A stretch of 63,026 bases of DNA, counting the filler, from an uncultured Synergistales bacterium (GTDB lineage: Bacteria > Synergistota > Synergistia > Synergistales > Aminobacteriaceae), in the NCBI GenBank assembly GCA_937897575.1. It is 7 parts of 7 records of this genome, joined end to end, with 100 filler letters (N's around TTAATTAATTAA, not from the genome) between each part and the next. Parts side by side here need not be neighbours in the genome. Positions count along the whole stretch, not along the records: positions 36,160 to 48,420 come from CALCQG010000087.1; positions 48,521 to 55,328 come from CALCQG010000094.1; 5 more parts are not named here. One strand, given 5' to 3'. The position numbers and the translations under genes are program-made. Position 1 is the stretch's first letter. Each line of letters opens with the position of its first letter. Below the pieces are notes generated by a model. That model did not search any database, had not been told where the DNA came from, and worked only from the letters and a program-made list of their open reading frames with translations. Of the stretch, positions 40,552-50,329 are shown piece after piece.

Positions 40552-41169
40552 ATGCAGGAATTTCTTTCCCCAAAGCATCAATTACTACTAATACAATGTC
40601 TCTTGGTTTCTTGCAGAGAAGTGGAGCGCCTTGCACTTAGTCAAGAAGGCAGCAAACGCGATAGGTACTGGGCTCGGAAGCAAATGCCCTACATAATTGA
40701 CTCCTCCATAAAACAGGCAATCGATAGTGGGGAGCTGCCGTTTCGTTATTTAGAGCAGAGAGTCCTGGAGAACGGGTTCCCATATCTGTGCTTCCTTTTT
40801 AATGATCTTTGCTTCACAGTGAGCAAGACGGAGGGAGAGCATTCCATGCCCAGGAAATCTGGCTTCAGAGAACGGAACAGTCAATTGAATAGGCAACTTC
40901 TGCTTGGAACCGAAGAAATCGGTTTTATCAGGCTGAATAGAGCAAGTATTGTTCAAGACATTATTTATGGAGTTCTGTGTTACGATTATAAGGGGAGTGA
41001 ATTACTTCATCTGGGATTGGGCATCCCAGACGAAAGCTATATACGCTGGTTAGACTACAAGAGTTTCGAGATACCAAGAGTGAGATTATTGGAAAGCGTG
41101 GAAAAGATTGCAGACGTGGGTGAGCCGGAACTCAAAAAAACTCTCCGCAAAAAATCAAAATCAAGCTGA
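40552..41169 (+). CDS. putative toxin of a RosmerTA/spr1630-like pair
   Basis: AGGAG RBS, upstream TTGACA promoter, PRKSGFR motif; paired with an HTH-peptidase gene. Confidence 0.55.
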   Translation: MQEFLSPKHQLLLIQCLLVSCREVERLALSQEGSKRDRYWARKQMPYIIDSSIKQAIDSGELPFRYLEQRVLENGFPYLCFLFNDLCFTVSKTEGEHSMPRKSGFRERNSQLNRQLLLGTEEIGFIRLNRASIVQDIIYGVLCYDYKGSELLHLGLGIPDESYIRWLDYKSFEIPRVRLLESVEKIADVGEPELKKTLRKKSKSS

Positions 41170-41392
41170 TCAGTAGCTTGTATTGCAGTTAATCGGCCTC
41201 AAAGCACCATGTAACTTTTCAATTCATGTCTGAAAATGTTGGACTGTGATCACGCTCATCGTGATTTTATCGCTCATTTCCTAGAGATGAGTAGATAGTC
41301 TTGATGTGCGTTGAATTTTGTCTTTCGTCTGTCTAGAAAACACAGAGTCTTTTTCGTTTAGTTTTCCGTAACGATGGGAGGGCTCATAAAAC

Positions 41393-42532
41393 ATGATTGA
41401 TACAAAGAGAGAAGGGTATCCGAATCCCGATCGCATACGACAAGCGCGTGTAGCAAGAAGAGTGAGTCAGGCCGAACTGGGTGAAAAGATTGGAGTACAT
41501 CGGCAGTCCATAAGTCAATATGAAGCTGGAACATATCGCCCCAAACCGGAGATCATAGAACTGTTGCATGAAGTTCTGAATTTCCCGGTTGCTTTTTTTT
41601 ATAAAGAGAACATATATGAACATGTATCTCCTATTTTTTTCAGACGATTTAAGACGGCTCCTCAAAAAATGCAGGAAGCTATCCGCGTCAGAGCAGTGTG
41701 GATGGGAGAAATTCTGTCCTATCTGAAAGAATTTATCGATTTTATGCCAGTCAATATCTACGAGATAGAGAAAAAGTATCATGAGTACTCCCTAGAGGAA
41801 ATCGAAACCATTGCGAGCTTAACGAGGGCTTTCTGGGGTCTTGGGTTGGGTCCCATTAGTGACATGATCCTTCTACTGGAAAATAACGGTTTTATTGTCT
41901 CCAAATTTCAATTTGGTGTCAGCGAACTTGATGCGAGTTCTTCTATGTACATCGGTCCAGATGGTTTATGTCCCATGATCTTTCTTTCTGGAGGGAAATC
42001 AGCGGTACGATCACGCTTCGATGCTGCACACGAATTGGGGCACATCATTTTGCATAGCTGGGTTGATGATGAATATGCGTCTTTAAAAGAAAATTATGAT
42101 CGCCTTGAAAATGAAGCAAATAATTTTGCGGGCGCTTTTCTTGTTCCGAGAGAGACCATTTTTAATGAAGGGTACGCCCTTTCATCTATCAGCTCATATA
42201 TTAGTCTGAAGAAACGTTGGGGAGTCTCTATACAAGCGTTGATACGCAGAGTGAAAAACATCGGAATGATTGGGGAGCCGCAATATCACTACCTGAATAA
42301 GCAGATAAGTTACCGTGGGTATAGGAAGAAGGAACCCTATGATGATGAAATCAGACACGAGACCCCTCAAGTTCTCAAGAAGGCAATCGAGTTATTATAC
42401 GAAAATAAGATACAAAATGTGGGGGTTATTTGCGATAATATCACCTTGCCCGAAGACGAATTTACCATGTTAACTGGAGCACAGTTACCCGGAAATGTTC
42501 AAGCACCATTTATAAGACTGTTGCAAGGCTAG
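41393..42532 (+). CDS. XRE HTH plus ImmA/IrrE (M78) metallopeptidase (RmrA-like antitoxin)
   Basis: SQAELGEKIGVHRQSISQYE, RFDAAHELGH, ENEANNFAGAFL. Confidence 0.92.
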   Translation: MIDTKREGYPNPDRIRQARVARRVSQAELGEKIGVHRQSISQYEAGTYRPKPEIIELLHEVLNFPVAFFYKENIYEHVSPIFFRRFKTAPQKMQEAIRVRAVWMGEILSYLKEFIDFMPVNIYEIEKKYHEYSLEEIETIASLTRAFWGLGLGPISDMILLLENNGFIVSKFQFGVSELDASSSMYIGPDGLCPMIFLSGGKSAVRSRFDAAHELGHIILHSWVDDEYASLKENYDRLENEANNFAGAFLVPRETIFNEGYALSSISSYISLKKRWGVSIQALIRRVKNIGMIGEPQYHYLNKQISYRGYRKKEPYDDEIRHETPQVLKKAIELLYENKIQNVGVICDNITLPEDEFTMLTGAQLPGNVQAPFIRLLQG

Positions 42533-42806
42533 TGCTATAACTTCACGGAGACAGTGAGAAGCGATTACTCAACATTCAATATGGTGGCACCCTCCCTTAC
42601 CTAGAAATAATTGTATGTGGGTATAAGAAGTTAATTAGCCACCGAGTTTTTAAAGATTTTTGTTTCCTATGCCACCTCTATGATGGTTGCTAACGCGGTC
42701 ACTGTAACGATTGCTATATGGTGAAAAATCGATGTGGTGATAGCGTGAAAAATCAAGGCCGCCGGGAGCGATACGCCTCAGGCGGCCTTTTCGTATGGAC
42801 TGACCG

Positions 42807-43226
42807 CTATAGGGTTGCGGGCTCTTCGACGCCAAGCTCCTTTTTGATGGCCTCCTGGAGCAGGAGCGAGACGTTGATGTCGCTTCGCTCCTTCAACTCC
42901 TCCTCCATCCATGCCGGGATAGTCAGCGTCTTCTTCACGGCTTTTCTGCTCCACGCCCTGCGCACCGGAGCCATGACGGCCACCACTATCTGAACGATTC
43001 CATCTTTCGGAGCGGAGAGTTTTTCCGAGGGTGTGGGGGAGGGGATGTCGTCCTTCTGGGCCTCTCGGAAGTACATACAGTCTTCGAGGACGGTCTGGGC
43101 TTCTACAATGGCTTCTTCAAGAGTATCGGTCGAGGTGAAGCAGTTTTCAAGATCGGGAAATGTAGCTGTCCATCCGTCGCCGTCGGGCGAGAAAAGAGCT
43201 GGATACCTATAAAATTTTGGGTTCAC
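42807..43226 (-). CDS. hicB: HicB family antitoxin
   Basis: YPALF...FPDL..C.T, IPSP, VKKTLTIPAW, INVSLLLQEA. Confidence 0.93.
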   Translation of the reverse strand: MNPKFYRYPALFSPDGDGWTATFPDLENCFTSTDTLEEAIVEAQTVLEDCMYFREAQKDDIPSPTPSEKLSAPKDGIVQIVVAVMAPVRRAWSRKAVKKTLTIPAWMEEELKERSDINVSLLLQEAIKKELGVEEPATL

Positions 43227-43298
43227 GGAATTCGCCTACCTTATGATTTACTTTATGAAACTATCTCTTTATCAGTAACGGGAGGAGGTGCCCTCCCC

Positions 43299-43490
43299 TT
43301 ATTCTTTGATCCCGAGTCGTTTCTTCAACGCATTCAGAAGACCTGGTTTTATTTTCTGCGGAATAGGGAAGGGCCGTTCTCCCTTTTTCATCACCAGAAC
43401 GTGGCTGCCCTTTCCTCTGGTTTCGTCTACTTCTCACCCCCTTTTTTTCGCTATTTTTATGAGCTCTTTTTGGCTGTATTGCTTTCCCAA
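43299..43490 (-). pseudogene. hicA: HicA toxin with in-frame TGA at codon 19 (absent from ORF track)
   Basis: MGKQYSQKELIKIAKKRG*EVDETRGKGSHVLVMKKGERPFPIPQKIKPGLLNALKKRLGIKE. Confidence 0.88.
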
Positions 43491-43609
43491 GAAGCTCATC
43501 TCCGATGTGAGCCAAGGATACTGTATTATTATATACGTGTCAATGCGTATAATTAGATGAGTTTGTCAGTGTATCCATTCAGTGGGATACTATACAAGAG
43601 AATATAGAA

Positions 43610-44173
43610 ATGTATTATGAGATTGGTGATGTTATGGACGCATTTAACGGAAGGAGCGTGATTTTATTGCTCACAGTTGTCAAAGCGGATATCACCACGC
43701 TCGAGGTGGATGTCATAGTGAACGCCGCCAATAATTCACTGTTGGGCGGCGGGGGAGTGGACGGGGCGATCCACCGCGCGGCGGGGCCCGAGCTGCTGGA
43801 GGAGTGTCGCCGGCTTGGCGGGTGCGCCACGGGGGACGCCAAGGTCACCAAGGGGTACCGGCTTCCTGCGAAGTATGTGATCCATACCGTGGGGCCGGTA
43901 TGGTATGGTGGGGAGCGCGGAGAGGCGGACCTTCTCGCCTCGTGCTACCGGCGCGCTCTGGAGGTGGCTGCGAATGTGGAAGCGCGTTCCATCGCCTTCC
44001 CGGGGATTAGCACCGGCGTCTACGGCTACCCGGTGGACCAGGCCGCAAAGATCGCCGTGACGACGGTCCAAGAAGTTTTGCCTGCCTACCCTGTGATCGA
44101 GAAGGTCGTGTTCTGCTGTTTCTCCGACAGAGATCGAGCGGTGTACGAGAAGCTGCTGACGAAGCCCAAGTAA
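43610..44173 (+). CDS. macrodomain O-acetyl-ADP-ribose deacetylase (YmdB-like); start uncertain
   Basis: DIT...[37 protein letters not shown]. Confidence 0.95.
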   Translation: MYYEIGDVMDAFNGRSVILLLTVVKADITTLEVDVIVNAANNSLLGGGGVDGAIHRAAGPELLEECRRLGGCATGDAKVTKGYRLPAKYVIHTVGPVWYGGERGEADLLASCYRRALEVAANVEARSIAFPGISTGVYGYPVDQAAKIAVTTVQEVLPAYPVIEKVVFCCFSDRDRAVYEKLLTKPK

Positions 44174-44209
44174 CGGAAGCACGAGATAAATTTTCCAAAG
44201 GTTTTTTCC

Positions 44210-44872
44210 GTGCGAGGAGGGTCTTGGATGGACGTGGATCACGTGTACATCTGTACGAAGGCGGTTGAAGAACATGCGAAACTCCTTCACGATTTTGGTC
44301 TTGTAGAGGGGGAGACCAACGTGCACCCCGGCCAAGGAACGGCGAACAGGCGTTTTTACTTCAGGAACGGGATGCTCGAACTCCTCTATGTACGGGATGT
44401 GGAGGAGCTGCGATCGGAGCGGACGCAGGTCCTCGGCCTGTACGACCAGTTTTATGGCGAGAAGTGCGGCATAGGGGTGGTCCTCAGGCCGTCGGAAGGG
44501 GAGGGGAGCACCGTTCCCTACGAGGCGAAAAAATATCGACCGCTCTATCTGCCCGATGGGCTATCCATGGACGTATCCGTGGGGGAGTATGCGACGGAGC
44601 CCCGGTTCATCTTTTTGGGTTTTCTGGTCGGCCGAGAGAACGTCGCGTGCAAGAAACACAGAATCGCCGGGCATGAGGTGGACTCCATAAGCGGGTACAG
44701 GATCCACACGACCCGGGACAGCCTCTCCGGGACAGCGGAGATCGTCCGGCAGGGGGCCGGGATTCGCTTCGTAAAAAGCCGGTACAACCTCATCGAGGTG
44801 GAGTTCGACGGAGGCGTTCAGGGCGCCGAGCGGTGCTTCTACCCGGAGATACCCCTGATCCTTCGGTGGTAG
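44210..44872 (+). CDS. VOC/glyoxalase-like family protein
   Basis: DHVYI, HPGQGTANRRFYF.NGMLELL. Confidence 0.8.
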   Translation: MRGGSWMDVDHVYICTKAVEEHAKLLHDFGLVEGETNVHPGQGTANRRFYFRNGMLELLYVRDVEELRSERTQVLGLYDQFYGEKCGIGVVLRPSEGEGSTVPYEAKKYRPLYLPDGLSMDVSVGEYATEPRFIFLGFLVGRENVACKKHRIAGHEVDSISGYRIHTTRDSLSGTAEIVRQGAGIRFVKSRYNLIEVEFDGGVQGAERCFYPEIPLILRW

Positions 44873-44945
44873 GTCCTGACGCTCTTTCCCCGGTGTTTCC
44901 TGGTGCCGTCTTCTAGGCATCCGAGGGGGACACCGGCGTTTATTG

Positions 44946-45130
44946 AGGACTGTTCGCTCGGCACAGGAATAATCGGCAATGAAAGTTCCCCTCACCGTTT
45001 CGGCAGACCAGTACGTGGTAGCCACCATTACACTACACCGTACTCCGTCATTGTGATGCGCGGCCCCTCGCGCTCGAAGTCCAACTTGCCCAGTTGGCGA
45101 GTGTGCTCGCCTCTGCCGAACCGGCCACCT
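44946..45130 (-). ncRNA. putative structured RNA immediately 3' of the DIP1984 gene
   Basis: 12/13-bp enclosing stem with nested hairpins; no convincing ORF. Confidence 0.5.
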
Positions 45131-45141
45131 TCTCTTTGTTG

Positions 45142-45600
45142 CTAGTCCATCAGATTGATCTTCCAGTTAAGTTCCTGAATTCTCGAGTCGAGTTCCCGGG
45201 TGGCCTTCGACAGACTATCGACCAGTTTTTGGAGCTCCTGAACGTCGAGGGCTGCCTTATATTTGACCTCCGACCGGCTGTATCGGTTCTGCGTGATGTA
45301 TGCGCTCTGGATGATTTTGCTATACGCCTTGCGACGAAGCAGGAGGACGTCTCTCTTCGCGAGAGCGTCGGCCAGAGACTCGCCCGGCTGGAACTCCGTC
45401 AGAGAGTTCGTCCTGTTGATCCGGCGTATCCAGCCCATGAGGTCGTTCACGGTTCTCTCGAACTCCTCCAGGAGTTCTCGGGGATCTTCCGGTGGAGTGT
45501 CGCCCTCTTGGACCGTTGTGCTCCCGATGATGCGATGTTTCAATTGTTCGATCCGCTTGTTGCACTCCGCACGCATAATCAGCGCTTCGGCAAGTTTCAC
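45142..45600 (-). CDS. DIP1984 family (septicolysin-annotated) protein
   Basis: MKLAEALIMRA, VQEGDTPPEDP, RINRTN, LADALAKRD, RYSRSEVK, IQELNW. Confidence 0.92.
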   Translation of the reverse strand: MKLAEALIMRAECNKRIEQLKHRIIGSTTVQEGDTPPEDPRELLEEFERTVNDLMGWIRRINRTNSLTEFQPGESLADALAKRDVLLLRRKAYSKIIQSAYITQNRYSRSEVKYKAALDVQELQKLVDSLSKATRELDSRIQELNWKINLMD

Positions 45601-45909
45601 GGCATCTCCCTCTTCGGGTAGAGCACTGAAGGTCTTGTAGTCTCCTGAATAGCAGCGTGTTTTCTCTTCGATTTTTGCGAGGTGCATCGTTTTCTTCTCC
45701 GTCCGTCGCGAGTAAAAACAGGATATCCGAGATATTTCGTCTTTCGGTCGCACCTCGCCTGTTGAGAGTTTTCGACTCGTGCCGACGGGAATTTGATGAC
45801 CCGGAGCAGATGAAACGTTATTTTCGAATTCATGAAAAGGCAGAATATGGGGTTGTCTGGTGCTGCGAATACCGAGGTGTGCGATCGCGCACTCCAGTGG
45901 AGCAGTAAC

Positions 45910-45948
45910 TACGGCGACGGACGGCAGTTGTTTCTGTCCGTCGCCGTA
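45910..45948. terminator. hairpin downstream of the cyclodeaminase-family gene
   Basis: TACGGCGACGGAC...GTCCGTCGCCGTA. Confidence 0.65.
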
Positions 45949-45988
45949 CCATTGAGGTGACAGGGAGGATGGGGCCGATTTTCCACGT

Positions 45989-46982
45989 TCAGCGGGCGAA
46001 ATCGAAGGTGTTTCCCACCCCGGCCTCCTCAGCTTTCTGAAGGGCGATGGACGCCACCGCCACGTCCATGGCTCCCGTTCCTATGGGGATGCACAGGGTA
46101 CGGGATGCAGGGGAGTGGTTGATGCGTTTCTTTCCCGATGCCAGATCCCCGAGGGTGGCGTCGATATGGTCCCGGGTGATCACACCGGCATCGGCGAGGC
46201 TCTTCAGGGCGCCACGGTGGAGGCACTGTTCCACGTGATCCACGACGATGAAGTCCGCCGAAAGAAGGGCTTCGTCCTGGCACTCCTTGTACGATCCCAT
46301 GGGGAAGAGCACCGTACCGGGGGCGAACCATTCCTTCCTGAAAAAGCCGTCCTTGGCATGGGTGACGGTGATGACGGCGTCCCCCTGCGCGGCCTGTTCG
46401 GGGGATTCGCAGAGGAGGATCTCCCCCGCGACGTTACCCCGCATCTCCTCGGCGAACTGTTCCGCGGCCTTCATGGAGGTGTCGTACACCCGCAGCTCTT
46501 CGATGGAGAAGAGGCTCGAGATCGCCCTGGTCTGGGTTCTCCCCTGAACTCCCGCACCGAAGAGCCCTACGGTGAGGGACTGCCGCCCAGGGTAGAGGTA
46601 CTTCAGGGCGACGGCGGTCTGAGCCCCCGTCCTGAGGTTGGTGATCAGCGTGCCGTCCATGACCCCGGTGAAGATCCCGTTTCTCGGGTTCACCAGGACG
46701 ATGATGGCACTCACGTAGGGAAGTCCCTGAGAGGGGTTGTCCATCCACCCACCGGCCCATTTGATGCCCGCTGTGTCCACCCACCCCACGTAGGCCGGCA
46801 TGGAGTTGATGTCCGCCCGGTACGGAGGGAAGGTGCCGCTCTCCCCGAGGTCGAGGGTGCCTTTCGCGGGATTCACCACGGTTCCTTCTCCCATCCCCTG
46901 ATACGTTTTATCCAGGATCCCGATGACCTCCTCCATGGAGAGAAGCCCCTCAAGGTCGGACTGGCACAGCAGACGGCACATG
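45989..46982 (-). CDS. ornithine cyclodeaminase/mu-crystallin family protein
   Basis: MPAYV, GIKW, ITNLRTGA, GAGVQG, GTGAMD. Confidence 0.92.
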
Positions 46983-47019
46983 GTTTGTTTCTCCTTTCTT
47001 TCGGACCTCATGACTGGCC

Positions 47020-47799
47020 TTAATCCATGTGGTACTTTTTCTTCAGCTCGTTGAACTCGCCGTTCTCCTTCATCAGGGCGATGGCATCGTTCAGGGCTTT
47101 GAGGAAGTCGTCGTTTCCCTTGGGGACTCCAAGCGCGATCCCTTCGCCCTGTTTGTGGATGAAATTGCGGAATCCGATTTTCAGATACTCGCCGAAGAGT
47201 TTGTTGTTCCGAAGGAACGCGTTGGCCACGGTGAGATTCAGCACGGAGAAATCTCCCCGGCCGAGGAGGATCTCCATCAGAGCGTCGTCGTTCTTCTGAA
47301 AACGCTTGATCTCTTTGGGGAGCCCCGTGCCGGTGATGAAGGTGTCCTGAGCCGTCCCTATCTGCACAGTGGCGGTCTTCCCCTTCAGATCGTCCAGCGT
47401 GGCGATGGAGGAGTCGTCGTTGCGCACGACGAAGGCGTTCTCTATCTCATAGTAGACGTCGGAGAAGTCCACGCGTTTTCTCCGCTCCGCCGTGTTGGTC
47501 ATCCCCGCGGCAACGAGGTCGACCTTCTTCGTCATGAGGGAGGGGATGAGACCGTCGAAGGCCATGTCCAGAATCTCCACCTCTTTCCCCATGTGGCGGG
47601 CTATTGCCCGGACGACGTCGATGTCGTACCCCACGATCTCGTTCTTTTCGTTCCGGTACTCGAAGGGCGGGTAGGTGGCCTCCGTCCCGACGACAAGGAC
47701 GTCTTTCTTCATGATATCCGAGCTCTCCGCTCGCATCGGCAGTGCCCCAAGGCTCAGCATCAGGGCTACAAGCAGAAGACACCATCCATGTTTTTTCAT
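47020..47799 (-). CDS. polar amino acid ABC transporter substrate-binding protein
   Basis: Signal peptide, VGTEATYPPFE, FDGLIPSL, QIGT. Confidence 0.93.
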   Translation of the reverse strand: MKKHGWCLLLVALMLSLGALPMRAESSDIMKKDVLVVGTEATYPPFEYRNEKNEIVGYDIDVVRAIARHMGKEVEILDMAFDGLIPSLMTKKVDLVAAGMTNTAERRKRVDFSDVYYEIENAFVVRNDDSSIATLDDLKGKTATVQIGTAQDTFITGTGLPKEIKRFQKNDDALMEILLGRGDFSVLNLTVANAFLRNNKLFGEYLKIGFRNFIHKQGEGIALGVPKGNDDFLKALNDAIALMKENGEFNELKKKYHMD

Positions 47800-48066
47800 T
47801 TCCGTTCCCTCCGTCCATGATAGTATGTATCGTATAACAGCAGAAAATTATAATCTCATTAAAAAACATTGTCCACGATATTCCCGTTTGTTCCTCGAGG
47901 AGGAGGTCCGTGAAGAAGAGAACGGTTATCGGCGGAGGCAACGGGGGACGAGCCCTTGCAAGTCACCCGGCACCGAGAGTATTTCAAGGTGTGCTTTTTG
48001 TCCCTCATCTTTTCTTTTCCTCCGAACCGTTGATACCCACGAACACTATGGAGGGGAGGGTATTGC

Positions 48067-48420
48067 ATGAACCGGAACACGGCGGGCGGTGTGATAGAGT
48101 TTCTCAACCGGATGCTCGAAGCGGAGAGGGCAGGGGTCAAGGTGCTGAGCGATCTGATCCCGAAGATCGCAAACGCCCGGACGCGGGAATTGGCGCGAAA
48201 GTTCCTGCGCGATGAGGGAATGAACTGCCAGATACTCAAAGCGATGATAGAGAATGCCGGTCATGAGGCGAGCAAGGAGACGGGGGATTTCGTCCAGAAG
48301 GTGGAGGCGCTGCCGAACGTCGACGAGAAGATCGCGCTGCTGATCAAGGGGCAGGAGTGGGTGGCCAAGGAGATAAGAAAAAACAGGAACGCGGCGGCGA
48401 ACGTGTCCGAGGGGATGTTC
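48067..48420 (+). CDS. ferritin-like DUF6306 family protein, 3' truncated
   Basis: LEAERAG, DE..NC, TGDF, GQEWV. Confidence 0.65.
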
Positions 48421-48520
48421 NNNNNNNNNNNNNNNNNNNNNNNNNNNNNNNNNNNNNNNNNNNNTTAATTAATTAANNNNNNNNNNNNNNNNNNNNNNNN
48501 NNNNNNNNNNNNNNNNNNNN

Positions 48521-48948
48521 ATTGAAGCCTAATCTCTCCGGGACGCGCGAATGTATGGGCTGTAACAACCGGAGGACAACCTCCGGCTCCATTGAAGCTC
48601 CGTCACGGCCTTCGTCTCATAATCGCGTTTAAGTAACAACCGGAGGGCAACCTCCGGCTCCATTGAAGCGAAAAGTGCGTGCAGTCCGGGGAAAACCACG
48701 CCGTAACAACCGGAGGGCAACCTCCGGCTCCATTGAAGCCGCCATGTGGGGTTCATCCGCGCGGTGGAATAAAGTTACAACCGGGGGGCAACCTCCGGCC
48801 CCATTGAAGCTTTCGGCTGGCGAGATTTTAGGCTTCATCGCGTGGGTAACAACCGGAGGACAACCTCCGGCTCCATTGAAGCGTGTTCTTCAGGTCCGTC
48901 GTACCGGCAACAGCCAGTAACAACCGGAGGGCAACCTCCGGCTCCATT
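48521..48948 (+). CRISPR. CRISPR array trailer end; 37-nt repeat GTAACAACCGGAGGGCAACCTCCGGCTCCATTGAAGC; 6 spacers of 33-35 nt
   Basis: Partial repeat 48521-48528; repeats start at 48562, 48633, 48703, 48774, 48846 and 48917 (last diverges after 32 nt); CCGGAGG/CCTCCGG stem; CCATTGAAGC end suggests type I-G; no cas genes in window. Confidence 0.97.
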
Positions 48949-48961
48949 TACCAGGAGGACT

Positions 48962-49741
48962 TCAATCTTCCTCCTCTATTTGTTCCTCCACTAAAATCTC
49001 GCTCGGCTCCTCGAAAGCAAGAAGCGCTTTTTCGAGGAGGACGGGGCGCATGTTCCAGACATCAAGCCCAACGTTGACGAAGGGGCCGAGACGACGCCAC
49101 AGCAGGTGCACGTGCCCACACAGATATCGGCCGGGAATATTTTCAATGTCGTCACGGCAGGCCGCATATCCGAGGGAGAAACGGTTTGGAAGTTTCATGA
49201 ACTGATACCACTGGGCTATCACGACCTTCGGGTCGTGGAGAACGATGATATCACCGTCCTCCTCGGGCAGAACCGCATAATATCCGCAGCCGGCGAAGCC
49301 GGCCTCCAGATATTCCTCGTCAGAGAATGTATCGTGGTTCCCTCGGATAAGATACTTTTCTCCCCGCATTTCTTTCATGATGTCCTTCATTTCGCAAAAG
49401 CGTTGGATGGGGGAGTACTTGTACCCTGGTTTGCCACCTGTGCCCTTCCAGAGATAGTCCCCGACGAAGATGACTATGTCGTCGGCTCCCACGGTCTGGT
49501 TGTGGAGTTCCAGGAAATGTCCATTCATCTCTTCTACCGTCTGAAAGAGTTCCCCCCTGTCCGGACAATACCTCAGAACGTTACTATGGAACAGGTGATG
49601 GTCCGCGGTGAGAAAGACCTTCCTCTCACGCGATTCAGCGGGAAGAAGAAGTTCCTTCCTCCCGAAGAGATGTTTTTTGAAAACTTCCTCGAAGGTACGG
49701 CCCTTCTTGTTGCGTCGCATTTTTATCTCTTGTTGCTCCAT
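48962..49741 (-). CDS. calcineurin-like phosphoesterase (phage/MGE type)
   Basis: ADHH, VGD, RGNHD, LH, GHVH, NVGLDVWN. Confidence 0.9.
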   Translation of the reverse strand: MEQQEIKMRRNKKGRTFEEVFKKHLFGRKELLLPAESRERKVFLTADHHLFHSNVLRYCPDRGELFQTVEEMNGHFLELHNQTVGADDIVIFVGDYLWKGTGGKPGYKYSPIQRFCEMKDIMKEMRGEKYLIRGNHDTFSDEEYLEAGFAGCGYYAVLPEEDGDIIVLHDPKVVIAQWYQFMKLPNRFSLGYAACRDDIENIPGRYLCGHVHLLWRRLGPFVNVGLDVWNMRPVLLEKALLAFEEPSEILVEEQIEEED

Positions 49742-49952
49742 GATGGTTCCCTCCTGGAGACACGCTCATGTATTGGCTCCACAGTGAACCGTATCGCTCA
49801 ACCAACTGTATGGTACCAGAACTACAGGAGAAGAGGAGATATCCGCCTGCTTCGACCAGGCGGCGGATAATGAGGGCATGTGCCATGGTGGTCTTGCCCG
49901 ACGCAACGGCATCCGCGAGCTGTCGTTCCAACTCTTCGCACTTCACGTGCAC
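49635..49952 (-). CDS. hypothetical protein
   Basis: Helical-looking N-terminus; overlaps the next gene by 107 nt. Confidence 0.35.
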   Translation of the reverse strand: MHVKCEELERQLADAVASGKTTMAHALIIRRLVEAGGYLLFSCSSGTIQLVERYGSLWSQYMSVSPGGNHHGATRDKNATQQEGPYLRGSFQKTSLREEGTSSSR

Positions 49953-50090
49953 GTTTTCCCGGCGAGGCTCGGCGGCAGAAGAAAACTGCCCCCCGGACGG
50001 TTCCGCGACCCGACGAGATGTTTTCCGTACCTTCGACGGAGGGAAATGATGCCCTTAGAGTCCATCGAGAAAGAAGTATCTTTGCGAACT

Positions 50091-50329
50091 ACTTCGTTTT
50101 CAACGGACATTTTGTCCGTTGAAATTGCATTCTAACGGACTTTAAGGGTGTTGATACTTCGTTTTCAACGGACATTTTGTCCGTTGAAATTGCATTCTAA
50201 CGGACTTTGAGGGTGTTGATACTTCGTTTTCAGCGGACATTTTGTCCGTTGAAATTGCATTCTAACGGACTTTGAGGGTGTTGATACTTCGTTTTCAGCG
50301 GACATTTTGTCCGTTGAAAACGAAGTATC
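50091..50329. repeat. 65-bp tandem repeat (3 full copies plus a partial fourth), each unit containing a palindrome
   Basis: Units start at 50091, 50156, 50221 and 50286; core TTTCAACGGACA-TTT-TGTCCGTTGAAA. Confidence 0.95.

Noticed and set aside
43434..43436. TGA recoding (Trp or Sec) in hicA
   Set aside because: TGA is used as a normal stop by many genes in the window, and I see no support for selenocysteine here.
43261..43515. 84-aa ORF upstream of hicB
   Set aside because: Wrong frame; the real gene is the interrupted hicA at 43299-43490.
48529..49077. Short ORFs across the CRISPR array
   Set aside because: Translations of repeats and spacers.
50091..50329. Second CRISPR array, or the repeat-containing ORF 50165-50464
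   Set aside because: Units are near-identical over their full length with no unique spacers, and the 65-bp period breaks reading frame.
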